From Eledone cirrhosa (lineage: Eukaryota): DNA of 64,000 nt. Both the position numbers and the translations under genes were made by a program. Under the pieces are notes generated by a model. That model was given only the letters and a program-made list of their open reading frames with translations, was not told the origin of the DNA and made no database searches. Below are positions 25,501 through 40,500 of this stretch, piece by piece. Position 1 is the first letter of the stretch; every line of letters starts with the position of its first letter. The DNA is taken from positions 95,108,001 through 95,172,000 of the forward strand of contig OZ024741.1 of NCBI GenBank assembly GCA_964016885.1, read 5' to 3'.

Positions 25501-28500
25501 ATTATCAAGGCTGTAATATTGGGATGGTAGGATATAGTCAGACATTATCAAGGCTGGAATATTAGGATGGTAGGATATAGTCAGATATTATCAAGACTGA
25601 AATACTGGGCTGGTAGGATATAGTCAGACATTATCAAGGCTGGAATATTAGGATGGTAGGATATAGTCAGATATTATCAAGGCTGGAATACTGGGATGGT
25701 AGGATATAGTCAGACATTATCAAGGCTGGAATATTAGGATGGTAGGATACAGTCAGATATTATCAAGGCTGGAATATTAGGATGGTAGGATATAGTCAGA
25801 TATTATCAAGGCTGGAATACTGGTATGGTATGATATAGTCAGACATTATCAAGGCTGGAATATTGGGATGGTAGGATATAGTCAGACATTACCAAGGCTG
25901 GAATGCTGGGATGGTAGGATATAGTCAGATATTATCAAGGCTGGAATACTGGGCTGGTAGGATATAGTCAGATATTATCAAGGCTGGAATACTGGGATGG
26001 TATGATATAGTCAGACATTATCTAGGCTGGAATACTGGGCTGGTATGATATAGTCAGACATTATCAAGGCTGGAATATTGGGATGGTAGGATATAGTCAG
26101 ATATTATCAAGACTGGAATATTGGGCTGGTAGGATATAGTCAGACGTTATCAAGGCTGGAATACAGGGATGGTAGGATATAGTCAGATATTATCAAGACT
26201 GGAATATTAGGATGGTAGGATATAGTCAGATATTATCAAGGCTGGAATATTGGGCTCGTAGGATATAGTCAGATATTATCAAGGCTGGAATACTGGGATG
26301 GTAGGATATAGTCAGATATTATCAAGGCTGGAATACTGGGATGGTAGGATATAGTCAGATATTATCAAGGCTGGAATACTGGGATGGTAGGATATAGTCA
26401 GATATTATCAAGACTGAAATACTGGGATGGTAGGATATGGTCAGATATTATCAAGACTGAAATACTGGGCTGGTATGATATAGTCAGACATTATCAAGGC
26501 TGGAATATTGGGATGGTAGGATATAGTCAGATATTATCAAGACTGAAATACTGGGCTGGTATGATATAGTCAGATATTATCAAGGCTGGAATACTGGGAT
26601 GGTAGGATATAGTCAGATATTATCAAGGCTGGAATACTGGGATGGTAGGATATAGTCAGATATTATCAAGGCTGGAATACTGGGATGGTAGGATATAGTC
26701 AGATATTATCAAGGCTGGAATACTGGGATGGTAGGATATAGTCAGATATTATCAAGGCTGGAATATTGGGATGGTAGGATATAGTCAGATATTATCAAGA
26801 CTGAAATACTGGGCTGGTATGATATAGTCAGATATTATCAAGGCTGGAATACTGGGATGGTAGGATATAGTCAGACATTATCAAGGCTGGAATACTGGGA
26901 TGGTAGGATATAGTCAGACATTATCAAGACTGGAATACTGGGATGGTAGGATATAGTCAGACATTATCAAGGCTGGAATACTGGGATGGTAGGATATAGT
27001 CAGACATTATCAAGGCTGGAATATTGGGCTGGTATGATATAGTCAGACATTATCAAGGCTGGAATACTGGGCTGGTAGGATATAGTCAGACATTATCAAG
27101 GCTGGAATATTAGTATGGTAGGATATAGTCAGATATTATCAAGGCTGGAATACTGGGCTGGTATGATATAGTCAGATATTATCAAGGCTGGAATATTATG
27201 ATGGTAGGATATAGTCAGATATTATCAAGGCTGGAATACTGGGATGGTAGGATATAGTCAGACATTATCTAGGCTAGAATACTGGGATGGTATGATATAG
27301 TCAGATATTATCAAGGCTGTAATATTGGGATGGTAGGATATAGTCACATATTATCAAGGCTGGAATATTGGGATTGTAGGATATAGTCAGATATTATCAA
27401 GTCTGTAATATTGGGATGGTAGGATATAGTCAGATATTATCAAGGCTGGAATATTGGGCTGGTAGGATATAATCAGATATTATCAAGACTGAAATACTGG
27501 GCTGGTAGGATATAGTCACACATTATCAAGACTGGAATATTGGGATGGTAGGATATAGTCAGACACTATCAAGGCTGGAATATTGGGATGGTAGGATATA
27601 GTCAGACATTATCAAGGCTGGAATATTAGGATGGTAGGATATAGTCAGACATTATCAAGACTGAAATACTGGGCTGGTAGGATATAGTCAGACATTATCA
27701 AGGCTGGAATATTAGGATGGTAGGATATAGTCAGATATTATCAAGGCTGGAATACTCGGATGGTATGATATAGTCAGATATTATCAAGGCTGGAATATTA
27801 GGATGGTAGGATATAGTCAGATATTATCAAGGCTGGAATATTAGAATGGTAGGATATAGTCAGATATTATCAAGGCTGGAATACTGGGATGGTATGATAT
27901 AGTCAGACATTATCAAGGCTGGAATACTGGGATGGTAGGATATTGTCAGACATTATCAAGGCTGGAATATTGGGATGGTAGGATATAGTCAGATATTATC
28001 AAGACTGGAATATTGGGCTGGTAGGATATAGGCAGACATTATCAAGGCTGGAATACAGGGATGGTAGGATATATTCAGATATTATCAAGACTGGAATATT
28101 AGGATGGTAGGATATAGTCAGATATTATCAAGGCTGGAATATTGGGATGGTAGGATATAGTCAGATATTATCAAGACTGAAATACTGGGCTGGTAGGATA
28201 TAGTCAGATATTATCAAGGCTGGAATACTGGGATGGTAGGATATAGTCAGACATTATCAAGACTGAAATACTGGGATGGTAGGATATAGTCAGACATTAT
28301 CAAGGCTGGAATACTGGGCTGGTAGGATATAGTCAGATATTATCAAGGCTGGAATACTGGGATGGTAGGTTATAGTCAGACATTATCAAGGCTGGAATAC
28401 TGGGATGGTAGGATATAGTCAGATATTATCAAGGCTGGAATACTGGGATGGTAAGATATAGTCAAATATTATCAAGGCTGGAATACTGGGCTGGTAGAAT

Positions 28501-31500
28501 ATAGTCAGACATTATCAAGGCTGGAATACTGAGATGGTAGGATATAGTCAGATATTATCAAGACTGGAATATTGGGATGGTAGGATATAGTCAGATATTA
28601 TCAAGGCTGGAATATTGGGATGGTAGGATATAGTCAGCTATTATCAAGGCTGGAATATTAGGATGGTAGGATATAGTCAGACATTATCAAGGCTGGAATA
28701 CTGGGATGGTAGGATATAGTCAGACATTATCTAGGCTGGAATACTGGGCTGGTATGATATAGTCAGATATTATCAAGGCTGGAATATTAGGATGGTAAGA
28801 TATAGTCAGACATTATCAAGGCTGGAATACTGGGATGGTAGGATATAGTCAGACATTATCTAGGCTGGAATACTGGGCTGGTATGATATAGTCAGATATT
28901 ATCAAGGCTGGAATATTAGGATGGTAGGATATAGTCAGATATTATCAAGGCTGGAATACTGGGATGGTAGGATATAGTCAGACATTATCTAGGCTGGAAT
29001 ACTGGGCTGGTATGATATAGTCAGATATTATCAAGGCTGTAATATTGGGATGGTAGGATATAGTCAGACATTATCAAGGCTGGAATATTAGGATGGTAGG
29101 ATATAGTCAGATATTATCAAGACTGAAATACTGGGCTGGTAGGATATAGTCAGACATTATCAAGGCTGGAATATTAGGATGGTAGGATATAGTCAGATAT
29201 TATCAAGGCTGGAATACTGGGATGGTAGGATATAGTCAGACATTATCAAGGCTGGAATATTAGGATGGTAGGATATAGTCAGATATTATCAAGGCTGGAA
29301 TATTAGGATGGTAGGATATAGTCAGATATTATCAAGGCTGGAATACTGGTATGGTATGATATAGTCAGACATTATCAAGGCTGGAATATTGGGATGGTAG
29401 GATATAGTCAGACATTACCAAGGCTGGAATGCTGGGATGGTAGGATATAGTCAGATATTATCAAGGCTGGAATACTGGGCTGGTAGGATATAGTCAGATA
29501 TTATCAAGGCTGGAATACTGGGATGGTATGATATAGTCAGACATTATCTAGGCTGGAATACTGGGCTGGTAGGATATAGTCAGACATTATCAAGGCTGGA
29601 ATATTGGGATGGTAGGATATAGTCAGATATTATCAAGACTGGAATATTGGGCTGGTAGGATATAGTCAGACGTTATCAAGGCTGGAATACAGGGATGGTA
29701 GGATATAGTCAGATATTATCAAGACTGGAATATTAGGATGGTAGGATATAGTCAGATATTATCAAGGCTGGAATATTGGGCTCGTAGGATATAGTCAGAT
29801 ATTATCAAGGCTGGAATATTAGGATGGTAGGATATAGTCAGATATTATCAAGACTGAAATACTGGGATGGTAGGATATAGTCAGATATTATCAAGACTGA
29901 AATACTGGGCTGGTATGATATAGTCAGACATTATCAAGGCTGGAATATTGGGATGGTAGGATATAGTCAGATATTATCAAGACTGAAATACTGGGCTGGT
30001 ATGATATAGTCAGATATTATCAAGGCTGGAATACTGGGATGGTAGGATATAGTCAGATATTATCAAGGCTGGAATACTGGGATGGTAGGATATAGTCAGA
30101 TATTATCAAGGCTGGAATACTGGGATGGTAGGATATAGTCAGATATTATCAAGGCTGGAATACTGGGATGGTAGGATATAGTCAGATATTATCAAGGCTG
30201 GAATATTGGGATGGTAGGATATAGTCAGATATTATCAAGACTGAAATACTGGGCTGGTATGATATAGTCAGATATTATCAAGGCTGGAATACTGGGATGG
30301 TAGGATATAGTCAGACATTATCAAGGCTGGAATACTGGGATGGTAGGATATAGTCAGACATTATCAAGACTGGAATACTGGGATGGTAGGATATAGTCAG
30401 ACATTATCAAGGCTGGAATACTGGGATGGTAGGATATAGTCAGACATTATCAAGGCTGGAATATTGGGCTGGTATGATATAGTCAGACATTATCAAGGCT
30501 GGAATACTGGGCTGGTAGGATATAGTCAGACATTATCAAGGCTGGAATATTAGTATGGTAGGATATAGTCAGATATTATCAAGGCTGGAATACTGGGCTG
30601 GTATGATATAGTCAGATATTATCAAGGCTGGAATATTAGGATGGTAGGATATAGTCAGATATTATCAAGGCTGGAATACTGGGATGGTAGGATATAGTCA
30701 GACATTATCTAGGCTAGAATACTGGGATGGTATGATATAGTCAGATATTATCAAGGCTGTAATATTGGGATGGTAGGATATAGTCACATATTATCAAGGC
30801 TGGAATATTGGGATTGTAGGATATAGTCAGATATTATCAAGGCTGTAATATTGGGATGGTAGGATATGGTCAGATATTATCAAGGCTGGAATATTGGGCT
30901 GGTAGGATATAATCAGATATTATCAAGACTGAAATACTGGGCTGGTAGGATATAGTCACACATTATCAAGACTGGAATATTGGGATGGTAGGATATAGTC
31001 AGACACTATCAAGGCTGGAATATTGGGATGGTAGGATATAGTCAGACATTATCAAGGCTGGAATATTAGGATGGTAGGATATAGTCAGACATTATCAAGA
31101 CTGAAATACTGGGCTGGTAGGATATAGTCAGACATTATCAAGGCTGGAATATTAGGATGGTAGGATATAGTCAGATATTATCAAGGCTGGAATACTCGGA
31201 TGGTATGATATAGTCAGATATTATCAAGGCTGGAATATTAGGATGGTAGGATATAGTCAGATATTATCAAGGCTGGAATATTAGAATGGTAGGATATAGT
31301 CAGATATTATCAAGGCTGGAATACTGGGATGGTATGATATAGTCAGACATTATCAAGGCTGGAATACTGGGATGGTAGGATATAGTCAGACATTATCAAG
31401 GCTGGAATATTGGGATGGTAGGATATAGTCAGATATTATCAAGACTGGAATATTGGGCTGGTAGGATATAGTCAGACATTATCAAGGCTGGAATACAGGG

Positions 31501-34500
31501 ATGGTAGGATATAGTCAGATATTATCAAGACTGGAATATTAGGATGGTAGGATATAGTCAGATATTATCAAGGCTGGAATATTGGGATGGTAGGATATAG
31601 TCAGATATTATCAAGACTGAAATACTGGGCTGGTATGATATAGTCAGATATTATCAAGGCTGGAATACTGGGATGGTAGGATATAGTCAGACATTATCAA
31701 GGCTGGAATACTGGGATGGTAGGATATAGTCAGACATTATCAAGACTGGAATACTGGGATGGTAGGATATAGTCAGACATTATCAAGGCTGGAATACTGG
31801 GATGGTAGGATATAGTCAGACATTATCAAGGCTGGAATATTGGGCTGGTATGATATAGTCAGACATTATCAAGGCTGGAATACTGGGCTGGTAGGATATA
31901 GTCAGACATTATCAAGGCTGGAATATTAGTATGGTAGGATATAGTCAGATATTATCAAGGCTGGAATACTGGGCTGGTATGATATAGTCAGATATTATCA
32001 AGGCTGGAATATTAGGATGGTAGGATATAGTCAGATATTATCAAGGCTGGAATACTGGGATGGTAGGATATAGTCAGACATTATCTAGGCTAGAATACTG
32101 GGATGGTATGATATAGTCAGATATTATCAAGGCTGTAATATTGGGATGGTAGGATATAGTCACATATTATCAAGGCTGGAATATTGGGATTGTAGGATAT
32201 AGTCAGATATTATCAAGGCTGTAATATTGGGATGGTAGGATATAGTCAGATATTATCAAGGCTGGAATATTGGGCTGGTAGGATATAATCAGATATTATC
32301 AAGACTGAAATACTGGGCTGGTAGGATATAGTCACACATTATCAAGACTGGAATATTGGGATGGTAGGATATAGTCAGACACTATCAAGGCTGGAATATT
32401 GGGATGGTAGGATATAGTCAGACATTATCAAGGCTGGAATATTAGGATGGTAGGATATAGTCAGACATTATCAAGACTGAAATACTGGGCTGGTAGGATA
32501 TAGTCAGACATTATCAAGGCTGGAATATTAGGATGGTAGGATATAGTCAGATATTATCAAGGCTGGAATACTCGGATGGTATGATATAGTCAGACATTAT
32601 CAAGGCTGGAATACTGGGATGGTAGGATATAGTCAGACATTATCAAGGCTGGAATATTGGGATGGTAGGATATAGTCAGATATTATCAAGACTGGAATAT
32701 TGGGCTGGTAGGATATAGTCAGACATTATCAAGGCTGGAATACAGGGATGGTAGGATATAGTCAGATATTATCAAGACTGGAATATTAGGATGGTAGGAT
32801 ATAGTCAGATATTATCAAGGCTGGAATATTAGGATGGTAGGATATAGTCAGATATTATCAAGGCTGGAATATTAGAATGGTAGGATATAGTCAGATATTA
32901 TCAAGGCTGGAATACTGGGATGGTATGATATAGTCAGACATTATCAAGGCTGGAATACTGGGATGGTAGGATATAGTCAGACATTATCAAGGCTGGAATA
33001 TTGGGATGGTAGGATATAGTCAGATATTATCAAGACTGGAATATTGGGCTGGTCGGATATAGTCAGACATTATCAAGGCTGGAATACAGGGATGGTAGGA
33101 TATAGTCAGATATTATCAAGACTGGAATATTAGGATGGTAGGATATAGTCAGATATTATCAAGGCTGGAATATTGGGATGGTAGGATATAGTCAGATATT
33201 ATCAAGACTGAAATACTGGGCTGGTAGGATATAGTCAGATATTATCAAGGCTGGAATACTGGGATGGTAGGATATAGTCAGATATTATCAAGGCTGGAAT
33301 ACTGGGATGGTAGGATATAGTCAGATATTATCAAGGCTGAAATGTTGGGATGGTAGGATATAGTCAGATATTATCAAGACTGAAATACTGGGCTGGTATG
33401 ATATAGTCAGATATTATCAAGGCTGGAATACTGGGATGGTAGGATATAGTCAGACATTATCAAGGCTGGAATACTGGGATGGTAGGATATAGTCAGACAT
33501 TATCAAGACTGGAATACTGGGATGATAGGATATAGTCAGACATTATCAAGGCTGGAATACTGGGATGGTAGGATATAGTCAGACATTATCAAGGCTGGAA
33601 TATTGGGCTGGTACGATATAGTCAGACATTATCAAGGCTGGAATACTGGGCTGGTAGGATATAGTCAGACATTATCAAGGCTGGAATACTGGGCTGGTAG
33701 GATATAGTCAGACATTATCAAGACTGGAATATTAGGCTGGTAGGATATAGTTAGACATTATCTAGGCTGGAATACTGGGCTGGTAGGATATAGTCAGACA
33801 TTATCAAGACTGGAATATTGGGCTGGTAGGATATAGTCAGACATTATCTAGGCTGGAATACTGGGCTGGTAGGATATAGTCAGACATTATCAAGACTGGA
33901 ATATTGGGATGGTATGATATAGTCAGATATTATCAAGACTGGAATACTGGGATGGTAGGATATAGTCAGATATTATCAAGGCTGAAATGTTGGGATGGTA
34001 GGATATAGTCAGATATTATCAAGGCTGGAATATTGGGATGGTAGGATATAGTCAGCTATTATCAAGGCTGGAATATTAGGATGGTAGGATATAGTCAGAC
34101 ATTATCAAGGCTGGAATACTGGGATGGTAGGATATAGTCAGACATTATCTAGGCTGGAATACTGGGCTGGTATGATATAGTCAGATATTATCAAGGCTGG
34201 AATATTAGGATGGTAAGATATAGTCAGACATTATCAAGGCTGGAATACTGGGATGGTAGGATATAGTCAGACATTATCTAGGCTGGAATACTGGGCTGGT
34301 ATGATATAGTCAGATATTATCAAGGCTGGAATATTAGGATGGTAGGATATAGTCAGATATTATCAAGGCTGGAATACTGGGATGGTAGGATATAGTCAGA
34401 CATTATCTAGGCTGGAATACTGGGCTGGTATGATATAGTCAGATATTATCAAGGCTGTAATATTGGGATGGTAGGATATAGTCAGACATTATCAAGGCTG

Positions 34501-37500
34501 GAATATTAGGATGGTAGGATATAGTCAGATATTATCAAGACTGAAATACTGGGCTGGTAGGATATAGTCAGACATTATCAAGGCTGGAATATTAGGATGG
34601 TAGGATATAGTCAGATATTATCAAGGCTGGAATACTGGGATGGTAGGATATAGTCAGACATTATCAAGGCTGGAATATTAGGATGGTAGGATATAGTCGG
34701 ATATTATCAAGGCTGGAATATTAGGATGGTAGGATATAGTCAGATATTATCAAGGCTGGAATACTGGTATGGTATGATATAGTCAGACATTATCAAGGCT
34801 GGAATATTGGGATGGTAGGATATAGTCAGACATTACCAAGGCTGGAATGCTGGGATGGTAGGATATAGTCAGATATTATCAAGGCTGGAATACTGGGCTG
34901 GTAGGATATAGTCAGATATTATCAAGGCTGGAATACTGGGATGGTATGATATAGTCAGACATTATCTAGGCTGGAATACTGGGCTGGTATGATATAGTCA
35001 GACATTATCAAGGCTGGAATATTGGGATGGTAGGATATAGTCAGATATTATCAAGACTGGAATATTGGGCTGGTAGGATATAGTCAGACGTTATCAAGGC
35101 TGGAATACAGGGATGGTAGGATATAGTCAGACATTATCAAGGCTGGAATACTGGGCTGGTAGGATATAGTCAGACATTATCAAGGCTGGAATATTAGTAT
35201 GGTAGGATATAGTCAGATATTATCAAGGCTGGAATACTGGGCTGGTATGATATAGTCAGATATTATCAAGGCTGGAATATTAGGATGGTAGGATATAGTC
35301 AGATATTATCAAGGCTGGAATACTGGGATGGTAGGATATAGTCAGACATTATCTAGGCTAGAATACTGGGATGGTATGATATAGTCAGATATTATCAAGG
35401 CTGTAATATTGGGATGGTAGGATATAGTCACATATTATCAAGGCTGGAATATTGGGATTGTAGGATATAGTCAGATATTATCAAGGCTGTAATATTGGGA
35501 TGGTAGGATATGGTCAGATATTATCAAGGCTGGAATATTGGGCTGGTAGGATATAATCAGATATTATCAAGACTGAAATACTGGGCTGGTAGGATATAGT
35601 CACACATTATCAAGACTGGAATATTGGGATGGTAGGATATAGTCAGACACTATCAAGGCTGGAATATTGGGATGGTAGGATATAGTCAGACATTATCAAG
35701 GCTGGAATATTAGGATGGTAGGATATAGTCAGACATTATCAAGACTGAAATACTGGGCTGGTAGGATATAGTCAGACATTATCAAGGCTGGAATATTAGG
35801 ATGGTAGGATATAGTCAGATATTATCAAGGCTGGAATACTCGGATGGTATGATATAGTCAGATATTATCAAGGCTGGAATATTAGGATGGTAGGATATAG
35901 TCAGATATTATCAAGGCTGGAATATTAGAATGGTAGGATATAGTCAGATATTATCAAGGCTGGAATACTGGGATGGTATGATATAGTCAGACATTATCAA
36001 GGCTGGAATACTGGGATGGTAGGATATAGTCAGACATTATCAAGGCTGGAATATTGGGATGGTAGGATATAGTCAGATATTATCAAGACTGGAATATTGG
36101 GCTGGTAGGATATAGTCAGACATTATCAAGGCTGGAATACAGGGATGGTAGGATATAGTCAGATATTATCAAGACTGGAATATTAGGATGGTAGGATATA
36201 GTCAGATATTATCAAGGCTGGAATATTGGGATGGTAGGATATAGTCAGATATTATCAAGACTGAAATACTGGGCTGGTATGATATAGTCAGATATTATCA
36301 AGGCTGGAATACTGGGATGGTAGGATATAGTCAGACATTATCAAGGCTGGAATACTGGGATGGTAGGATATAGTCAGACATTATCAAGACTGGAATACTG
36401 GGATGGTAGGATATAGTCAGACATTATCAAGGCTGGAATACTGGGATGGTAGGATATAGTCAGACATTATCAAGGCTGGAATATTGGGCTGGTATGATAT
36501 AGTCAGACATTATCAAGGCTGGAATACTGGGCTGGTAGGATATAGTCAGACATTATCAAGGCTGGAATATTAGTATGGTAGGATATAGTCAGATATTATC
36601 AAGGCTGGAATACTGGGCTGGTATGATATAGTCAGATATTATCAAGGCTGGAATATTAGGATGGTAGGATATAGTCAGATATTATCAAGGCTGGAATACT
36701 GGGATGGTAGGATATAGTCAGACATTATCTAGGCTAGAATACTGGGATGGTATGATATAGTCAGATATTATCAAGGCTGTAATATTGGGATGGTAGGATA
36801 TAGTCACATATTATCAAGGCTGGAATATTGGGATTGTAGGATATAGTCAGATATTATCAAGGCTGTAATATTGGGATGGTAGGATATAGTCAGATATTAT
36901 CAAGGCTGGAATATTGGGCTGGTAGGATATAATCAGATATTATCAAGACTGAAATACTGGGCTGGTAGGATATAGTCACACATTATCAAGACTGGAATAT
37001 TGGGATGGTAGGATATAGTCAGACACTATCAAGGCTGGAATATTGGGATGGTAGGATATAGTCAGACATTATCAAGGCTGGAATATTAGGATGGTAGGAT
37101 ATAGTCAGACATTATCAAGACTGAAATACTGGGCTGGTAGGATATAGTCAGACATTATCAAGGCTGGAATATTAGGATGGTAGGATATAGTCAGATATTA
37201 TCAAGACTGGAATATTGGGCTGGTAGGATATAGTCAGACATTATCAAGGCTGGAATACAGGGATGGTAGGATATAGTCAGATATTATCAAGACTGGAATA
37301 TTAGGATGGTAGGATATAGTCAGATATTATCAAGGCTGGAATATTAGGATGGTAGGATATAGTCAGATATTATCAAGGCTGGAATATTAGAATGGTAGGA
37401 TATAGTCAGATATTATCAAGGCTGGAATACTGGGATGGTATGATATAGTCAGACATTATCAAGGCTGGAATATTGGGATGGTAGGATATAGTCAGACATT

Positions 37501-40500
37501 ATCAAGGCTGGAATATTGGGATGGTAGGATATAGTCAGATATTATCAAGACTGGAATATTGGGCTGGTAGGATATAGTCAGACATTATCAAGGCTGGAAT
37601 ACAGGGATGGTAGGATATAGTCAGATATTATCAAGACTGGAATATTAGGATGGTAGGATATAGTCAGATATTATCAAGGCTGGAATATTGGGATGGTAGG
37701 ATATAGTCAGATATTATCAAGACTGAAATACTGGGCTGGTAGGATATAGTCAGATATTATCAAGGCTGGAATACTGGGATGGTAGGATATAGTCAGATAT
37801 TATCAAGGCTGGAATACTGGGATGGTAGGATATAGTCAGATATTATCAAGGCTGAAATGTTGGGATGGTAGGATATAGTCAGATATTATCAAGACTGAAA
37901 TACTGGGCTGGTATGATATAGTCAGATATTATCAAGGCTGGAATACTGGGATGGTAGGATATAGTCAGACATTATCAAGGCTGGAATACTGGGATGGTAG
38001 GATATAGTCAGACATTATCAAGACTGGAATACTGGGATGGTAGGATATAGTCAGACATTATCAAGGCTGGAATACTGGGATGGTAGGATATAGTCAGACA
38101 TTATCAAGGCTGGAATATTGGGCTGGTACGATATAGTCAGACATTATCAAGGCTGGAATACTGGGCTGGTAGGATATAGTCAGACATTATCAAGGCTGGA
38201 ATACTGGGCTGGTAGGATATAGTCAGACATTATCAAGACTGGAATATTAGGCTGGTAGGATATAGTTAGACATTATCTAGGCTGGAATACTGGGCTGGTA
38301 GGATATAGTCAGACATTATCAAGACTGAAATATTGGGCTGGTAGGATATAGTCAGACATTATCTAGGCTGGAATACTGGGCTGGTAGGATATAGTCAGAC
38401 ATTATCAAGACTGGAATATTGGGATGGTATGATATAGTCAGATATTATCAAGACTGGAATACTGGGATGGTAGGATATAGTCAGATATTATCAAGGCTGA
38501 AATGTTGGGATGGTAGGATATAGTCAGATATTATCAAGGCTGGAATATTGGGATGGTAGGATATAGTCAGCTATTATCAAGGCTGGAATATTAGGATGGT
38601 AGGATATAGTCAGACATTATCAAGGCTGGAATACTGGGATGGTAGGATATAGTCAGACATTATCTAGGCTGGAATACTGGGCTGGTATGATATAGTCAGA
38701 TATTATCAAGGCTGGAATATTAGGATGGTAAGATATAGTCAGACATTATCAAGGCTGGAATACTGGGATGGTAGGATATAGTCAGACATTATCTAGGCTG
38801 GAATACTGGGCTGGTATGATATAGTCAGATATTATCAAGGCTGGAATATTAGGATGGTAGGATATAGTCAGATATTATCAAGGCTGGAATACTGGGATGG
38901 TAGGATATAGTCAGACATTATCTAGGCTGGAATACTGGGCTGGTATGATATAGTCAGATATTATCAAGGCTGTAATATTGGGATGGTAGGATATAGTCAG
39001 ACATTATCAAGGCTGGAATATTAGGATGGTAGGATATAGTCAGATATTATCAAGACTGAAATACTGGGCTGGTAGGATATAGTCAGACATTATCAAGGCT
39101 GGAATATTAGGATGGTAGGATATAGTCAGATATTATCAAGGCTGGAATACTGGGATGGTAGGATATAGTCAGACATTATCAAGGCTGGAATATTAGGATG
39201 GTAGGATATAGTCAGATATTATCAAGGCTGGAATATTAGGATGGTAGGATATAGTCAGATATTATCAAGGCTGGAATACTGGTATGGTATGATATAGTCA
39301 GACATTATCAAGGCTGGAATATTGGGATGGTAGGATATAGTCAGACATTACCAAGGCTGGAATGCTGGGATGGTAGGATATAGTCAGATATTATCAAGGC
39401 TGGAATACTGGGCTGGTAGGATATAGTCAGATATTATCAAGGCTGGAATACTGGGATGGTATGATATAGTCAGACATTATCTAGGCTGGAATACTGGGCT
39501 GGTATGATATAGTCAGACATTATCAAGGCTGGAATATTGGGATGGTAGGATATAGTCAGATATTATCAAGACTGGAATATTGGGCTGGTAGGATATAGTC
39601 AGACGTTATCAAGGCTGGAATACAGGGATGGTAGGATATAGTCAGACATTATCAAGGCTGGAATACTGGGCTGGTAGGATATAGTCAGACATTATCAAGG
39701 CTGGAATATTAGTATGGTAGGATATAGTCAGATATTATCAAGGCTGGAATACTGGGCTGGTATGATATAGTCAGATATTATCAAGGCTGGAATATTAGGA
39801 TGGTAGGATATAGTCAGATATTATCAAGGCTGGAATACTGGGATGGTAGGATATAGTCAGACATTATCTAGGCTAGAATACTGGGATGGTATGATATAGT
39901 CAGATATTATCAAGGCTGTAATATTGGGATGGTAGGATATAGTCACATATTATCAAGGCTGGAATATTGGGATTGTAGGATATAGTCAGATATTATCAAG
40001 GCTGTAATATTGGGATGGTAGGATATGGTCAGATATTATCAAGGCTGGAATATTGGGCTGGTAGGATATAATCAGATATTATCAAGACTGAAATACTGGG
40101 CTGGTAGGATATAGTCACACATTATCAAGACTGGAATATTGGGATGGTAGGATATAGTCAGACACTATCAAGGCTGGAATATTGGGATGGTAGGATATAG
40201 TCAGACATTATCAAGGCTGGAATATTAGGATGGTAGGATATAGTCAGACATTATCAAGACTGAAATACTGGGCTGGTAGGATATAGTCAGACATTATCAA
40301 GGCTGGAATATTAGGATGGTAGGATATAGTCAGATATTATCAAGGCTGGAATACTCGGATGGTATGATATAGTCAGATATTATCAAGGCTGGAATATTAG
40401 GATGGTAGGATATAGTCAGATATTATCAAGGCTGGAATATTAGAATGGTAGGATATAGTCAGATATTATCAAGGCTGGAATACTGGGATGGTATGATATA

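Noticed and set aside
26384-26569. 61-aa ORF in the satellite, or a repetitive-protein gene
   Set aside because: 43 is not a multiple of 3 and stops recur on both strands. This ORF exists only because one tag>tgg variant removes a stop.
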